Positions 1-12,650 of a stretch of 64,000 bases of DNA are shown in pieces (position 1 is the stretch's first letter; the number at the start of each line of letters is the position of its first letter). This DNA comes from Sphagnum compactum. Lineage: Eukaryota. A program made the position numbers and the translations under genes. The notes below the pieces were generated by a model. That model was given only the letters and a program-made list of their open reading frames with translations, did not search any database and was not told the DNA's origin. The stretch spans positions 20,884,213 through 20,948,212 of the forward strand of contig OZ234493.1 of NCBI GenBank assembly GCA_965153455.1, in the 5' to 3' direction.

Positions 1-272
1 GGACCTATATGCGGGTATTGCAACAAATGAAGACTATCTGCAATTTTTGGGACCTATATGCGGGTATTGCAACAAATGAAGACTATCTGCAATTTTTGGG
101 ACCTATATGCGGGTATTGCAACAAATGAAGACTATCTGCAATTTTTGGGACCTATATGCGGGTATTGCAAGGAATGTTTATAAAACCCAGTGGTTATTAT
201 GGGACCTATATGCGGGTATTGCAACGAATGCAAAATGCATATGGCTATTTTGGACCTATATGTGGGTATTGC
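1..272. repeat. Tandem repeat, 49-bp unit (GGACCTATATGCGGGTATTGCAACAAATGAAGACTATCTGCAATTTTTG), three exact copies then degenerate ones; truncated by window start
   Basis: Unit starts at 1, 50, 99, 148; the core GGACCTATATG(C/T)GGGTATTGCA recurs near 202 and 251 with divergent spacers. Confidence 0.9.
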
Positions 273-678
273 ATTTTTGAAAATGGAGTTCATAATAGAG
301 AATGATGTAGGTATTATATGTTTAAAATGTGTGGATTGTTTTAAAAGTCTTCAGGTGATGTGAGTCGTATTATATTAGATATAAGTATTGCATAATGTTC
401 ATTTTGATCTTTGGTTTGATTCTTACATCTCCAGTACTAAAAAAATTATGACAAAGAAGACATATATGATTAACCATATACCCATCAACAAGTGTGAGTA
501 CAAGGTGCTATTATATTGAAAAAAGATGTACAAAAATGGGTGCATGAAAGATTACTAAAGAACCTATTGAAAAAAAAATGTTGGTTCTCTATAACATATC
601 AAAGGATTCAAGTTCAAAATTGGGTAGTCCAAAAAATGAAAGGGTTACAAAACCTAATTAATTATATAAAGTGAAACC

Positions 679-2326
679 CTAACACATATCACTATCTACA
701 ATCCCGTGTTTAGCGCGGTATGCAGCTGCTGCATTTGCAGCCTTTGCTGCATGACGAGCAGTGTACAAATGTCGGCATTGCATCTTTACTTGAATTGCAT
801 TTGCAACAAACTGGGCCTTTGTTTGGTCCTGCACCCTGTAAACACCCAAAAATCACAAAATTAACCCTAAACACACCTTGGATGAAATACAATAAAAAAA
901 CAATAAACATTACTTATTATTGTTTCTTACCTTCCATGAATCATTCTAGATTCATGAAAATCCAAAACATCTCCCAGCTGTTTTTTCCGAGATGTTTTAC
1001 TGGACTCTCGCTCCCAGTTCTTCACATCCCATGCCGTCTTTAATTCTCGTGCATATGCACAACGGGTGGATCGGATCGTCCCCTGTAAGTCTTCATCCTT
1101 CTCCATTCGTACAATTGCATCTGGTGCCACACTGCCCACGCCCCAAGCATTGAAGCCCAAAACCTTCAACAATTGTTCTTGGGCTAATTTGACCAAAGCA
1201 GGTTTTGGCAATGGTGGACACTGTTTTGCAATAACCACCAGGTGATTCCACTCGCGCTCTGCTTTGGCACGAGCACGACCAACAACTTTCTGGTCATTCC
1301 TCCTTTGAATAGCCATCGCATTTCCCAAAATGCGAGCGTTCATCTTGGCATGGTCCTGATGTCGAGGACCTCCTGTAGCAGTTGAAGGCTTACCAGGTTT
1401 GGACTTTTCTGCCACCAAACCATGTGCCTCCTTCAGATGCTTGGTCAATAGCCATTTTGCACAATATGCCACAGTGTAATTGCCGACTCTGCACTTCCAT
1501 ATAGACCCAACCTTTGTCCATTCCTTATCCTTCCGAGCCAAATTAGCTGGACAAACAAGTGCAAGTGGTTGAGAAGCTTGCTCAGTTTCTAGTTCCAATC
1601 CTAAACTCAAAAAATGAAAGTTCAAAAAACAGAATGCAGGTATTGCAAAACATCAAATCACAAAATCACATACTACTCCTATAAACATGAACTGTTTTAA
1701 GGTATTGCAGTAAAAAAAATTTGACAAAAAAATTCCCGCACCTTCCAACAAATGATGGAAGGTGCGGATATAATTAAACTTCAAGAAAACTTGTACAATG
1801 TTATTAATCTGTAATTAATCTAATGTCCTATCTTCTAATGTCCACAAATTCTAAAACAATCTATACCAATGCTATCCTTGTGTTTCAATTTTGATAGAGC
1901 ACAATTTTTTTCACCAATTTCCTGATCTGATGCAGCAACACTTCGATCATCAATTGCTTCATTTAATGTAGCGACATTTTGTTGGGCAGTTGCTGCATTT
2001 GATGCAGCAACATTTTGCTGGGCAGTTGCTACATTTGATGCAGCAACATTTTGCTCGGCACCTCCCGCATTTGATGCAGCAACATTTTGCTGCATAACTT
2101 CCACATTTGATGCAGCAACATTGTGCTGAAGAATTGCCGCATCTAATGCAGCAACAAGTGGCTCAGCATTTGCCTCATCTTCTCCAGTAACATATGAAAG
2201 AAGAATCGGCTCATCTGAAATAGCAACATTTGGCAAAAGACTTGCCTCATCTGCTGCAGCATAATCTTGCCTCTTGCCTTCCAACTCACCACCACTGCCC
2301 TTCCTTAATCTTCTTCCCCTACCCAT
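679..2326 (-). CDS. Three-exon orphan protein (412 aa): N-terminal QQNVAASN repeats and a degenerate C2H2-type zinc finger; probably transposon-borne
   Basis: Exons 2326-1915, 1600-931, 835-679 with GT-AG introns in phases 1 and 2; 1239 nt open frame from ATG (MGRGRRLRK) to TAG (..HGIVDSDMC*). Motif CRVGNYTVAYCAKWLLTKHLKEAH. Probable non-coding upstream exon with donor CCAG|GTAAGC at 3541/3540. Confidence 0.6.
1925..2156. repeat. Coding tandem repeat, ~39-bp unit (TTTGATGCAGCAACATTTTGCTGGGCAGTTGC..) encoding QQNVAASNxAxA
   Basis: GATGCAGCAACA recurs at ~39-bp spacing; the repeat is visible in the ORF translation. Confidence 0.85.
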
Positions 2327-2419
2327 TACAACCTCTAACCCTAAACCAAAAACCACCAGTTTGTTAATTCAAATGAACTAAAGCATACGCAACAATAAAG
2401 AAAAACAAAAACAATTGCC

Positions 2420-3730
2420 ACCATAGAGGAAGGTGACGACATTGCTGCCGTCACCTTCTTCGCAGCAAAACCATAAAAGAAAGGCGGAGGATGCCACTTC
2501 CTTATAGCAAAGCCATCGAAGAAGGTGCTGGCAGCTGTCGTCATCTTCTTCTTCAATATAAATTCTCCTACGTTGCAAAACTACAAGAAGAAGGCGCCTT
2601 CTTTTGCTGCGCTGCAGCGCAGCAAAACCAAACGAGGAAGGTGATGGCAGATGCCATTGCCTTCGTCTGTAGCATAGCAGCAAAGGAAAAAAAAAAGGCA
2701 ACGGCAGCGTGGCTGCCGTCGCCTTCTTCACTGCGCTACAATGCTGCAGCGCAGCGCAGCAACAAAAAAAACCAATGCGCCTTCTTTGTGGAGCTGCGCT
2801 GCAGCGCAGCTCCGAAGTAGGGAGAAGAAGGCGACGGCAGCTACCGTCGCCTTCTTCGTGGAGCTGCGCTACAACGCGGCTCCGCAGCAGACAAAAGAAG
2901 GCGACGGCAGCTGCCGTTGCCTTCTTCGTGGAGCTGCGCAGCTCCACAGCAGGAAGAAGAAGGCGACGGCAGAAGGCGACGGCAGCTGCCGTCGCCTTCT
3001 TCTTCCTTTTTTTTTACAACACGAAGAAGAAGAAGGCGACGGCAACTGCCATCGCCTTCTTCTTCCTTTTTTTTTTTGCAACACGAAGAAGAAGAAGGCG
3101 ACGACAACGTTGCTGCCGTCGCCTTCTTCCTTTTTTATTTTGCAACACGAAGAAGAAGAAGAAGGCGACGGCAGCTGCCGTCGCCTTTTTCTTCCTCGTT
3201 TTCTTGCGCTGCACAAAAAAGAAGAAGGGGATGGCAGCGTAAGAAAAAGAAGAAGGCGACAAAAAAGGAGAAGAGCAGAGCGAGCTTGGAGCAGAGGAGC
3301 TTGGAGCACAGGAAAAAGAAGAAGGTGATGGCAGCGTAAGAAAATGCCATCACCTTCTTTTTTTTCTTTTTTCTTGCAACACAAAGAAGAAGAAGGCGAC
3401 GGCAGCAACGCTGCCATCGCCTTCTTCTTCTTCTTCTTTTTTCCTACAACACAAAGAGCTGCATTGTGGAGCTGCGCTGCGTATCTTGTGCAGCGCAACT
3501 CCACAAACAAACAAACAAACAAACAAAAGGAAGATGCTTACCTGGGTCTCGCGTGGGTCCCGCTCCGGCTCTAGGCTCCTCTGTTCCAAGCTCTCGCTCC
3601 CGCTCCAGGCTCCCCTGCTCCAAGCTCTCGCTCCCCTGCTCCAAGCTCTCGCTCCCCTACTCCAAGCTCCTGCTCCAAGCTCCGAGCTCCTGCTCCAAGC
3701 TCCTCTGCTCCAAGCTCGCTCCCGCTCAAC
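2420..3730. repeat. Low-complexity GC-rich array of GAAGAAGGCGACGGCAGC / GCTGCCGTCGCCTTCTTC in both orientations (local palindromes), followed by CTCCAAGCTC repeats
   Basis: Many alternating direct and inverted copies; accounts for the many overlapping spurious ORFs; lies in the predicted 5' intron/UTR of the 2326-679 gene. Confidence 0.85.
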
Positions 3731-4032
3731 GTCTCTGGAGCTCTGGCGATGGAGTGAGGGGGAGGGGTTGGTAGGTGGTAGGTAAGAGGGGGGGAGGTAG
3801 GTGGTAGGCAGGAGGGGGGAGGTAGATGGTAGGTAGGAGGGGGGAGGTATGTCGTAGGTAGGAGGGAAAATTTTGGGGTAGAGAAGAGGTGAAAAAAATA
3901 TATATATGCGGGCAGGGAGGATGGGATTTTCGTTCATCCGGAAAACGGCCTCAACGGGCTCATCCGCAACTGGTGCATTGGTGGCTGTTAATTCACTCCA
4001 GGCCATGAGTAGGGGTTTCAAACCATTTTCGA

Positions 4033-4346
4033 ACTTGGTTTGAGTCTGTTTGGAGCTACAGTGTGAAAGCTATTGATTATTGAACCATTTTCTCAATGAA
4101 AACTAAATAAAATCGAAACTGAAAACTGTATTGGAATTTGAGGGTGTTCTTGCTGGCATTGGAAAGTCCTTGGCAAGTCAGATTCAATAGAGTTTATTTC
4201 ACAATTTTCAGAGCTAAGGTGTAGAAGAAATTGATTTTTTAGTGGATTTTGTTGCTGGAAATTCAAAAATAATGGGTTTGGAAGGAAACATCATTTGAGG
4301 CCTCAATGTGTGTTCACACTTGGGATAACAGTGCAGGCTACACTAT
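4033..4346 (+). mobile_element. 3' part of a non-autonomous Helitron-like repeat (same family as 5267-5630)
   Basis: Close similarity to ~5390-5630 (e.g. TGGCAAGTCAGATT.AATAGAGTTTATTTCACAATTTTCAGAGCTAAGGTGT); ends in CTAT, a degenerate CTRR, after a short palindrome GTGTGTTCACAC. Confidence 0.5.
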
Positions 4347-5266
4347 TGAAGTGCCACTACCTGGGCGAAATATTATGGCTTTAGGTAGACCCCTATGTAG
4401 ATAGGTAGACCCCCTAAGTAGGTAGTTAGATCCTCTAGGTAAACTGCCTGGGTAGGGGGTTTAAGTGAACCCCCTTATGTATGTAGAGAAGGTGTGTAAG
4501 CGAAATATGTTCTCCCTCCGAAACTGACCCAGTTTCCACCTCGTATTCTGGATTTGGGTCCCAGTTTATGGGACTTTAAGGAAATATGAGAGTCAGGATT
4601 AAAATTTAAAGTCAGGACGAAAGAGGGTGGCAAACAAGGCGCCAGGTTATGGATATCTCTATTGCTCTTAGGCCCACTTTAGACAAGGGTTCAGCGTCCA
4701 ATTTAATAGGAACCAATTGGGATTGATTTGAATCAAATTGAATCCTTGAGTTGGACTGTACCTTGATCCCTAGCCTGATTCTTGGTTCTCCACATCAAGA
4801 GCTCTCCTTTTAGCACTGCTTTTTGGTCTAAATCAATGGATTTCCCCTCCAAAGCAAGTGCCATGTAGGTTTAGCCTCAATTTGCCACTTTTTGGTCTTG
4901 GACCCTCATTTCAAGGCCTTGGGACCAATTTAAAGCTTTTGACGAATAAGATTGCTTGAATTCATTGGTCCCTGGACCTTGCACCCTCATCTAAAGTCGC
5001 CTTAGTTTGTTTTTCTTTTTGGGTCAGCCTTCTTAGGAATTAATTAGTGTTGAACCTGAGTACCAGGTATGGTATAAGAACTCTTACCACTAAAATGCCT
5101 TTAGATTGGTTGGACAAAATATAGCCTTGTAATAGTGAAAAAAGGGGTCGGACCTGTAAAGGCCCACAAGATAGCACAAGGCCCAATAAGATAAAATTAT
5201 TGCTTCTCATTAGCTAGCCTTAATATTTTGCCCAAGTGGTGGCCCTTCAATAGTTTTTCACCATAT

Positions 5267-5630
5267 CTATCTATGAAGCAAGGTAGTTTGTTTTGTTTTG
5301 TTTGTCATGGTCAGATCTCCCAAACCACAACGTTTCATGTTAAGCTCTTGGTATTTCTGGAAAACATTGGATGAATAGAGGGTACACTGACTTGGTTTGA
5401 GACTGTTTGGAACTGTAATGTGGAAGTCATTGGTTATTGAATCATTTTCTTAATGAAAATTAAATAAAATCAAAACTGAATTTGAATGTGGGGGTGTTCT
5501 TGGTGTTGTTGGAAAGCCCTTGGCAAGTCAGATTTAATAGAGTTTATTTCACAATTTTCAGAGCTAAGGTGTGGAAGATATTGATTTTTGAGTGGAAAAA
5601 TCAGTTGCACCCTCAATGTGTTCACATTCC
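5267..5630 (+). mobile_element. Non-autonomous Helitron-like repeat, 5' end present
   Basis: Begins A^TCTATCTATG (Helitron-type 5' TC after A); second copy at 4033-4346. Confidence 0.5.
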
Positions 5631-5834
5631 CAATTTTTTAAAACAAAGTTAAGAATTAAGGTTTATGGATTCAAAGAGAAAATTTTAATAACTCCAACAA
5701 TGATGGGAGGGGTTAAAAAATAGGTACCCCTAATGCCATATACAAGCATGGTATTCATCTTCTATGCCACAACCTTCCTTTTTGCAAAACATGATTACCA
5801 TGTAACCACTAAATAGGCAAATAAAGATGGAGTT

Positions 5835-6095
5835 TGCCATGTTTGCTTCTCTATGCATTCATAATGATAGGAGCTCTAAGCATCTTTGAATGTAATGCAC
5901 TTCCCAAGGCTGTCATTTCTTCGACTCTCATTGTGCAACCATTGAGTTTGTCTCATTTGGTTTAGTTTGCCAGGTTTGCTTCTCTATGCATTCATAATGA
6001 TTGGAACTCTAAGCATCTTTGAATGTAATGCACTTTTCAAGCACGTCATTTTTTCACCTCTTCATTATGCAACCATTGAGTTTGTCTCATTTGGG
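5835..6095. repeat. Direct duplication of ~130 bp
   Basis: GTTTGCTTCTCTATGCATTCATAATGA..CTCTAAGCATCTTTGAATGTAATGCACTT..CAACCATTGAGTTTGTCTCATTTGG occurs twice (~5841 and ~5974). Confidence 0.85.
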
Positions 6096-6800
6096 TTTGA
6101 TGTAGGTAATAAACGTTAAGTTTTTTTCCAAAGAACATGAGGGAAACATGCCAAAATTTGTTGAACAAACATTTTTTTCCTTAAATATTGCATAACTTTA
6201 TTCATCTCTAACAATAGAACCGATGGAATGTGTATCACCACAATGACCAATGTTTTTGATTGGAATAGCAAAGCATGGTGTCACTATATATTTGTAATAT
6301 ATATGAAACACTTGAAAATTTAAAATTGTCCTCTGTAATCCTTTTGCAGTAAAACACTCTTTTTTGAAACCCCAATCGTGAATGAGTCTTGAGATACTTA
6401 ATAATAATTTAAGGATTAACATTTAAGAGACTGTTGAAATAAGTCAAGGACACACCTATCTAGATTATAGGGAAAAAAAAAACTATTTGAAAGGTTACAT
6501 AAATGTACCTAAGGGGCTATTGAAGAAGACATCTAAGACTTACCTAGGTTATCGGATACTAAGGAGATTACTTTAATGGGGCTACTTAAGGAGACACCTA
6601 AGGTCTACCAGGGTCATAGGACAAAAAAAGGACTTGGAGGGGTACATAGAACCCATTTGTGTGCAAAACCCCTAATTTCTGAGAAAAGAGATGTTCAATA
6701 AAACAAGATTTGCAAATAAAGCGTGACAAGGCCAGGTGCATGCCCCATACAAGGGGGGATCGTGGGAGAACATCGCTAGGGTGATGACTATTGAATGCTC

Positions 6801-7073
6801 TGGTCGCAATAGCCATGGCAGCTGCTGGCCGTGCACCAATAGCCAGGACACATCCTTCCACAACACCCATAGGACCATTTCTTAATTACATAGTGTTTTT
6901 ACAGCCGCAGGACAGTGCATCCATGACGTTGGAAAACCATTGTCTAGTCACCGCCCTTAGTTTGACCTCGTCTGTGGTGAATTCATTGTTTAAAAGAAAG
7001 AAACATCCCCTAGGAGTTCACATAACGCTGGCTATTGAGGGAGGGACAGCAGCTGCTGTGACTATTGTGGCTA
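6801..7073 (+). ncRNA. Candidate miRNA-precursor-like hairpin
   Basis: 6801-6846 pairs without gaps with 7028-7073. In the outer 22 bp, five of six non-Watson-Crick positions are G:U on the + strand. I do not recognise the family. Confidence 0.45.
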
Positions 7074-7440
7074 GCACGTTTGCCTCATCGGGTACCCACA
7101 GAAAAGAGATGTTAATTAAAGCAAAGTGCAAATCAAGCGTCATGATGAGGTGGGATAACCCCAAAGTCAGTGGCTACATAAAGAACAGAGCATAAAAGGA
7201 TGAACGTATAAGTTTCCACCAGAAGTAATTTACTTAGCAACAGTTCCAAGTGGTTTCTCCGAATGCTCTCATTTGGGAGCATTTTTGGAGATGATGTAAA
7301 ACGTGAATATTTGAACGCACAGAATGTCAGGCTGCACTTTCTTTAATTGATATTTGAAGCAGGCTCCTTAGATTTGTCCAATTGTATTTTGGTTCTCGGT
7401 TACGGGGTTCCCCTTCCACATGCTCTTATGGCTTCCGCTC

Positions 7441-7704
7441 CAGTGTTTTTTTTTCAATTTCCTAATATAGCCAGGGTGGCGAGCATCCCTAGGTAGATTT
7501 CTACTTAACTGGCGAATTTCTTTCAGAAACTCTGAAAACTGTAGCCAATAGGCATAAATGTGGTGACACCATCGCCAAAAAACCAGTTTCCTGTCGCTTT
7601 TTGGCGAATTTTTTTCTCAAAAACAGGGAATTTGCAACAGAATATTTCATTTTCAGAAAACTGTGTCGCCTTTTAGCAATTTTTCGCCAAAAACAAAATC
7701 ACTG
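7441..7704. mobile_element. MITE-like element with CAGTG-type (hAT-like) termini
   Basis: Starts CAGTGTTTTT, ends AAAATCACTG; a related start CAGTGATTTTT is at ~14823; TSD degenerate. Confidence 0.5.
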
Positions 7705-8786
7705 CTTCACTCTTTGTGCACCACCTTGCAAGTGCACCCCAAATGCAAACACAGGCTGACTAACAGGGCAGAGAGGGGCCCGAGGCGCGTTCGTTGGTAG
7801 GCTCGTATTGGATTGAATCTCTCATGCTGACTGGCCTTCTCTCTCTTCAGTTTTCGTGTTCATACTTATGTTCTTCAACTGGCTCATGATTTTACATGAG
7901 AACTAAATTATACTCAATTTTTTACTTTTGAATCCACTTGGAATTCTCCAGCCCTGCAGCTTCTCGAATCTCACTATCCAAGAGTTTGCAAAAAGTTACA
8001 ATCTACCAAATGCCCAAGTAATGTCGTCAGAACTAAATTTCCTACCTCCCTTCACAAAGCACCTGATTGAATTCTGTTGGATTCCTGAGAATCCTTGGAC
8101 CGTATGTGAAGTTTGGTATAAAACTGTAGTTGAATTCATATCATTTCAAGCATCACCAGTATTCCATCGTATCAGCCTGCACCTCTATTCTCACTCTCAT
8201 CCAGCACCTCATTCGTCGGAGTCCTATTAGAAGTTATAGAACAAACCCTAATATAGTGTTCAGTATTTAGATACACTCAGTCATACCACACTCCAATTTT
8301 CCACACACAGCTCTATACCTGCTTTCATCATTCAAGCTGATCAAGTCATCATGACTTACAACATTCGTTCCGGTATGGGCTCTTGCCAGGCTTGGCGGAT
8401 AATTGTCGCATTTGTATGTACAGCATTAGGGGTTTTCTTCTCATTTTGGTCTTACCATAATTTATTAATGGCAGATTGAGAGCTTGACAGGAGAGTTTCC
8501 TGTGGTTAATTGCAGGTCCAGTTTGACCAAAAGAAACTTTGATTTGTCAGAGGGGCTCATCTCGTATAATAGCAGGCTAGCCTCACTGGATACAACCTGC
8601 TTTCATACAGGAGTAGTGTCTGGCGAATTGGAGTTAAAAACTCTTGTTGTGGTACTTGTGCCTCCGAAGAGGAAGGTGACAGAGGTTTATGTGAACATTT
8701 GTGATTGGGATTTTAAGATCCAGCATGTTGTGAGGGTAACACCACATACGAAATTGTCGTCGGGTATTCACTTTTTTGTTTAACTT

Positions 8787-8915
8787 ATGGGATGAAAGCA
8801 CTCCTACCCATTAAACTAGAGATAACGATTTTACGCATTGCCATAACGATGAGACTTCCTTTGGATGAATCTCAACGCCATTGATTGTTACAACTTTATA
8901 AACTGAACAAACTAT
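8787..8915 (+). mobile_element. Gypsy integrase C-terminal fragment (decayed)
   Basis: Translates YGMKALLPIKLEITILRIAITMRLPLDESQRH*LLQL, resembling the YGxEAxLPxE..LR region of Ty3/Gypsy integrases. Confidence 0.55.
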
Positions 8916-11599
8916 AATTGGGAACCCAACAATCCATTGAAATCGAATGCTTTTGGAAAATATCCAATTTAGGTGACAATAACATTTTTTTTTCTTCGAT
9001 TGTAGAACAATTGACACACCTCATCAAAATATTATACCATATGAAACGAGTGCAAATACACATTTAAAAGCCAAAAACCATGTCAAGTAATGGTGAAAAC
9101 TAACAACTTTTTTACACATGTTTTTCTTTTACATTTTAAAGTTATGTTAATCATTCCAAATTGCGCTAAATGACTAATATAAATGTTGAAAATTTCATAT
9201 TAAAAAATCTTTAAATTTAATTTTTCAGCTTCTAAAGTATGTAAAAATCTTTTATCACATGTAAATGGGGTGTAATGTGCATGACGTACAAAATAAAATT
9301 GTAGTTTATGATACAAGAAATAAAAACCTAAAGTAATTAACATATTTTAATATGATTCAAAATTATGATAAATTTTCAAGATGAAATGCAAAATTTAACA
9401 AAACTTACTCATTTTGAAATTTTCATATTTATTCAACAATGATTAACACAAAACATATGATTGATTGGGGCAGCTATATGTATTTTTAGTAACAAGTTGA
9501 AAAATATTTCATTCAAAAAAACTTTCATATGAAAAAGTGAAAATGAATTAAAATATATTCATAGTCATTTTGTGAAGTAATCCTATTGGCTCTTTGTGTG
9601 TATTTTGCACCTAATTCTAAAACAAATTAAGCCCAAGGAAATCATGTTGCCCAAGTATCTTGAAAAAATTTAGACTTTTGATAAGACTTTCTAGGTTTTT
9701 TGGCAAGTGATTGGTTTGCATCAAAGCTACAAAATAGAAATGGACAGATGGTTGGCAAAGTAGAAAAACTTGGAGTTGAAGCATAAAATCAAGGAATGTT
9801 AACTAAGCCTTCTCTTCTGGTAATGACAAAGTCAAGACAAAATAAATGCTTTGGCCTTCTACTAGAAAAGCCATCTCCACAAAATTCCATGAGATTGCAT
9901 AGAAACCCCCACAATGACACATTGAAGGTAAACATTATGTCATCTTTGGCCAAACCAACATAAACATGACAAGAATGAGTGTGCTCATAATATAGTGAGC
10001 ACAACTCACAAAGATCAGACTATCACTTTCATCCTGAATGGCAGCAACTAGCTGCCATAATCCCCACTTGCATCATCAAGCTCCTGACCATGGGTGCAGA
10101 TAGGAATACAATAAATCTTCACCCACAGTCAGTAGCTGATGATGCAGATATTGTTCATCATATTGGCTAGCACTCAAGAGGACAAGTTGATCAATAAATC
10201 AGTAAAGTTAACCGCATCTGCATTCAAGCTGGAAAATGTTCATGAATGCAAGCTTCAGTTCATTTTTGCTTCATCCTGTACAAGCAAGCATCTAAGCCTA
10301 AGGCATAGTGAGGCCTACACAGAGGTTACTGGTGGGGCCTCCTGCACCCTGCACATATCCTTTAAGCACAAATGCTGGAGCCTAATTGGATGCAGCACAT
10401 CTGCCTTCGCCAGTGTAAACCATACTTCTGAGTTTTCAGAACAAAATCCACAATAAAACTTTAAAACTAATAGACTAAGACACCCCCAATGTCATTACTT
10501 CCCGGTATTATTCTGTGGATAACAGATGGGAGTGAAACATGTGAACCACTTGTCATGCCATGAAGTCCAAACCCAGTGAAGCTGGTCTAGCTTCTGGAAT
10601 CAGGCACAAAAAGGATACCAATTTGTGAGGTTCCAAGGATTAAGATAGGACTGCGCTAATTCCTCACAAACAAATATGGAGTGTTGGTGTTCAGATCAGA
10701 TTGGCAAGAGATCGGTCGCACATACCAAAAAAGTTGGCCGACTTGATCGGTGCCAGAGCACTTCAGTCTAGAAGCAACGCAAAACTGTGGAAATAGTAAC
10801 ACAGCGACTTTCTCAATGACTTGTTGGGAGGTGTGAACCCTGTCAGGGAGCTTCAGATGTACTAGCGTCGAACTTCGATCAAAGCCATCAAACAAAAGGC
10901 ACGGTCAGTTGTCCCAGAGCTCGACAAGCTACAGTCCGCTACCTACCCGGGCAATCCGTATAATAACGGAAGTTGAAATGGTCAAAGGAGCGTTACCAAC
11001 TTCAAATTCGAAGATCACCTGCTCAAGTATCAAGTAGACAGCAGTCAACAACAGGTCGGAAAACCATGAACGGCAAACCACAGGCCGATTCCTATGCCCC
11101 TCAAACACTCCGGCCCCGAGGAAAAAAAAAGAAGAAGAAAAAAAATAGGACTCGATCAAGAGTTGAAAGATTGCTTCTACTAGGGTAGTTATCGGATAGA
11201 AACAAGAGCAGAACCTACAGGGTAGGAGTCCATTAAATCTCACATACAGCAATCTGAAACCGCTCTCAACGATATGCAAAAAAGAGGAGGCCAACAGGAA
11301 TGAATTCGCTTTGTGTAAAACTAAATACAGCTTGTAAAACAAAACAAGAAGCTAGAATGAAGCAGCGGCCGGGTGTTGAATAAATTAGACAGATCCGACG
11401 AGGTCCGTGACCAGCTGCTTGTATCAAAACTGCATGACGATCTGTGAAGAAACTATCAGACTTAATTTCGGGAACCACAAACAGCTAGCCAGATTAACCT
11501 TGGTATCCAAAAGTCGAGGAGGAGGACTCCACACTCCACAAAGGATGAAACTAAAGGAAATTGAATTTTTTGAAAAAGTCTCCACATGTTAAAAATAAG

Positions 11600-12650
11600 G
11601 CTATTTATGTTGGTGTGGCAAGAAAAAATGTATTTCATCTTGTGGCACAGAAAAATGGGAATCACAATAGGCAAAAAATTGTTCAATTTACATATGTTAT
11701 GCATTTGTTAAAAAAGGGCTAAACCAGTGACATACTTTGAAAGTTTGATTTGAAAAAATATCTTCAAAATCATTTGAATGACACATTGAGGTGATCAATA
11801 GTTCAGCATTTGCACCATGTGGTGTTAGATGCCATTAAAGGGTTTTGAATTTTTCCAACTATGTCAATTTTAGTTTTGATGAAATCACAACCTCACACAA
11901 CCAATCTTGTGCTAGTGTGCATGTTTATATAATTTATAATGACACATCTTGTTGTCTTTGAAGTGTGTTGTTGATGGTGCAAGTGCACACAATATGACCT
12001 AATTGATCATTTGAGGTGTGCATTAAGCAAGAAAAACATGACTATGAAATTAATTTCATTTGGAGTTAATGGGGTTGTTATTTTTCAAGGCATTTTTAGT
12101 GATGTGATAATGAGAATTCAAAAAATATATGCACCACACATGGTGAGGATGCATTGCATGGCACACGACACAAATTTGACGATGCAAACCTTAAGCCACT
12201 TATCTTAATTTTGAGGTTGAAACATATGTGCTAACAACTTTATGCATATTTCACCCATAGCCCCAAATGACACTTTGAATTTCAAAAGTTAATAGAATTG
12301 ATGAAGACAAAAAGGAATACAATTTTGAAAAATGTGTGCACTAGGTGGATCAATATGCTTATTCTAGCAAAATGAATGATGAAATAGCACCACACATTAT
12401 TGATCAAGTTGGCTATTGATGTCTCAAAAGAGGTAAAGGTTGTTGCAAACTTGGATCACCTAGTGGATGTGGAATTGTTGTTGGGTTTGTCATGTGTGTT
12501 TCTACAATGGAAGCAATGCACAGCCTTTTCAAGTTTAGGTAATTATGGGATGTTTTTGTTTGTGATTTCATTGGTGCAATGAAAATCAATGAAAATCTAC
12601 AATGGGGATGTTTAAAATTTATATTATGACCCATCCACATTTTTCAAATC
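11600..12650 (+). pseudogene. Decayed hAT-superfamily transposase (ZNF862-like)
   Basis: Fragments FDEITTSHNQSCASVHVY, ISFGVNGVVIFQG, HCMAHDTNL (CxxH motif), LYAYFTHSPK*HFEFQKL..KNVCTRW (RW motif), with stops and frameshifts. Confidence 0.75.

Noticed and set aside
1-272. Repeat-spacer appearance suggesting a CRISPR array
   Set aside because: The first spacers are identical, the context is eukaryotic and there are no cas genes; it is an ordinary decaying tandem repeat.
710-910. Cys-rich ORF (CCKC..HCSSCSKGCKCSSC) resembling a metal-binding domain
   Set aside because: The phase-2 splice from 931 selects another frame (VQDQTKAQFVANA..); the Cys pattern is probably a shadow of GCA/TGC-rich Ala codons.
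2378-4021. Many long overlapping ORFs on both strands
   Set aside because: Artefacts of stop-poor low-complexity repeats; no recognisable domains.
7755-7852. Possible hairpin with miR529-like GAAGAGAGAGA on the minus strand
   Set aside because: Pairing is short and bulged; similarity is limited to a low-complexity GA run.
10000-11560. Unique-looking UTR-like sequence with short ORFs
   Set aside because: No consistent exon chain or recognisable protein could be built.
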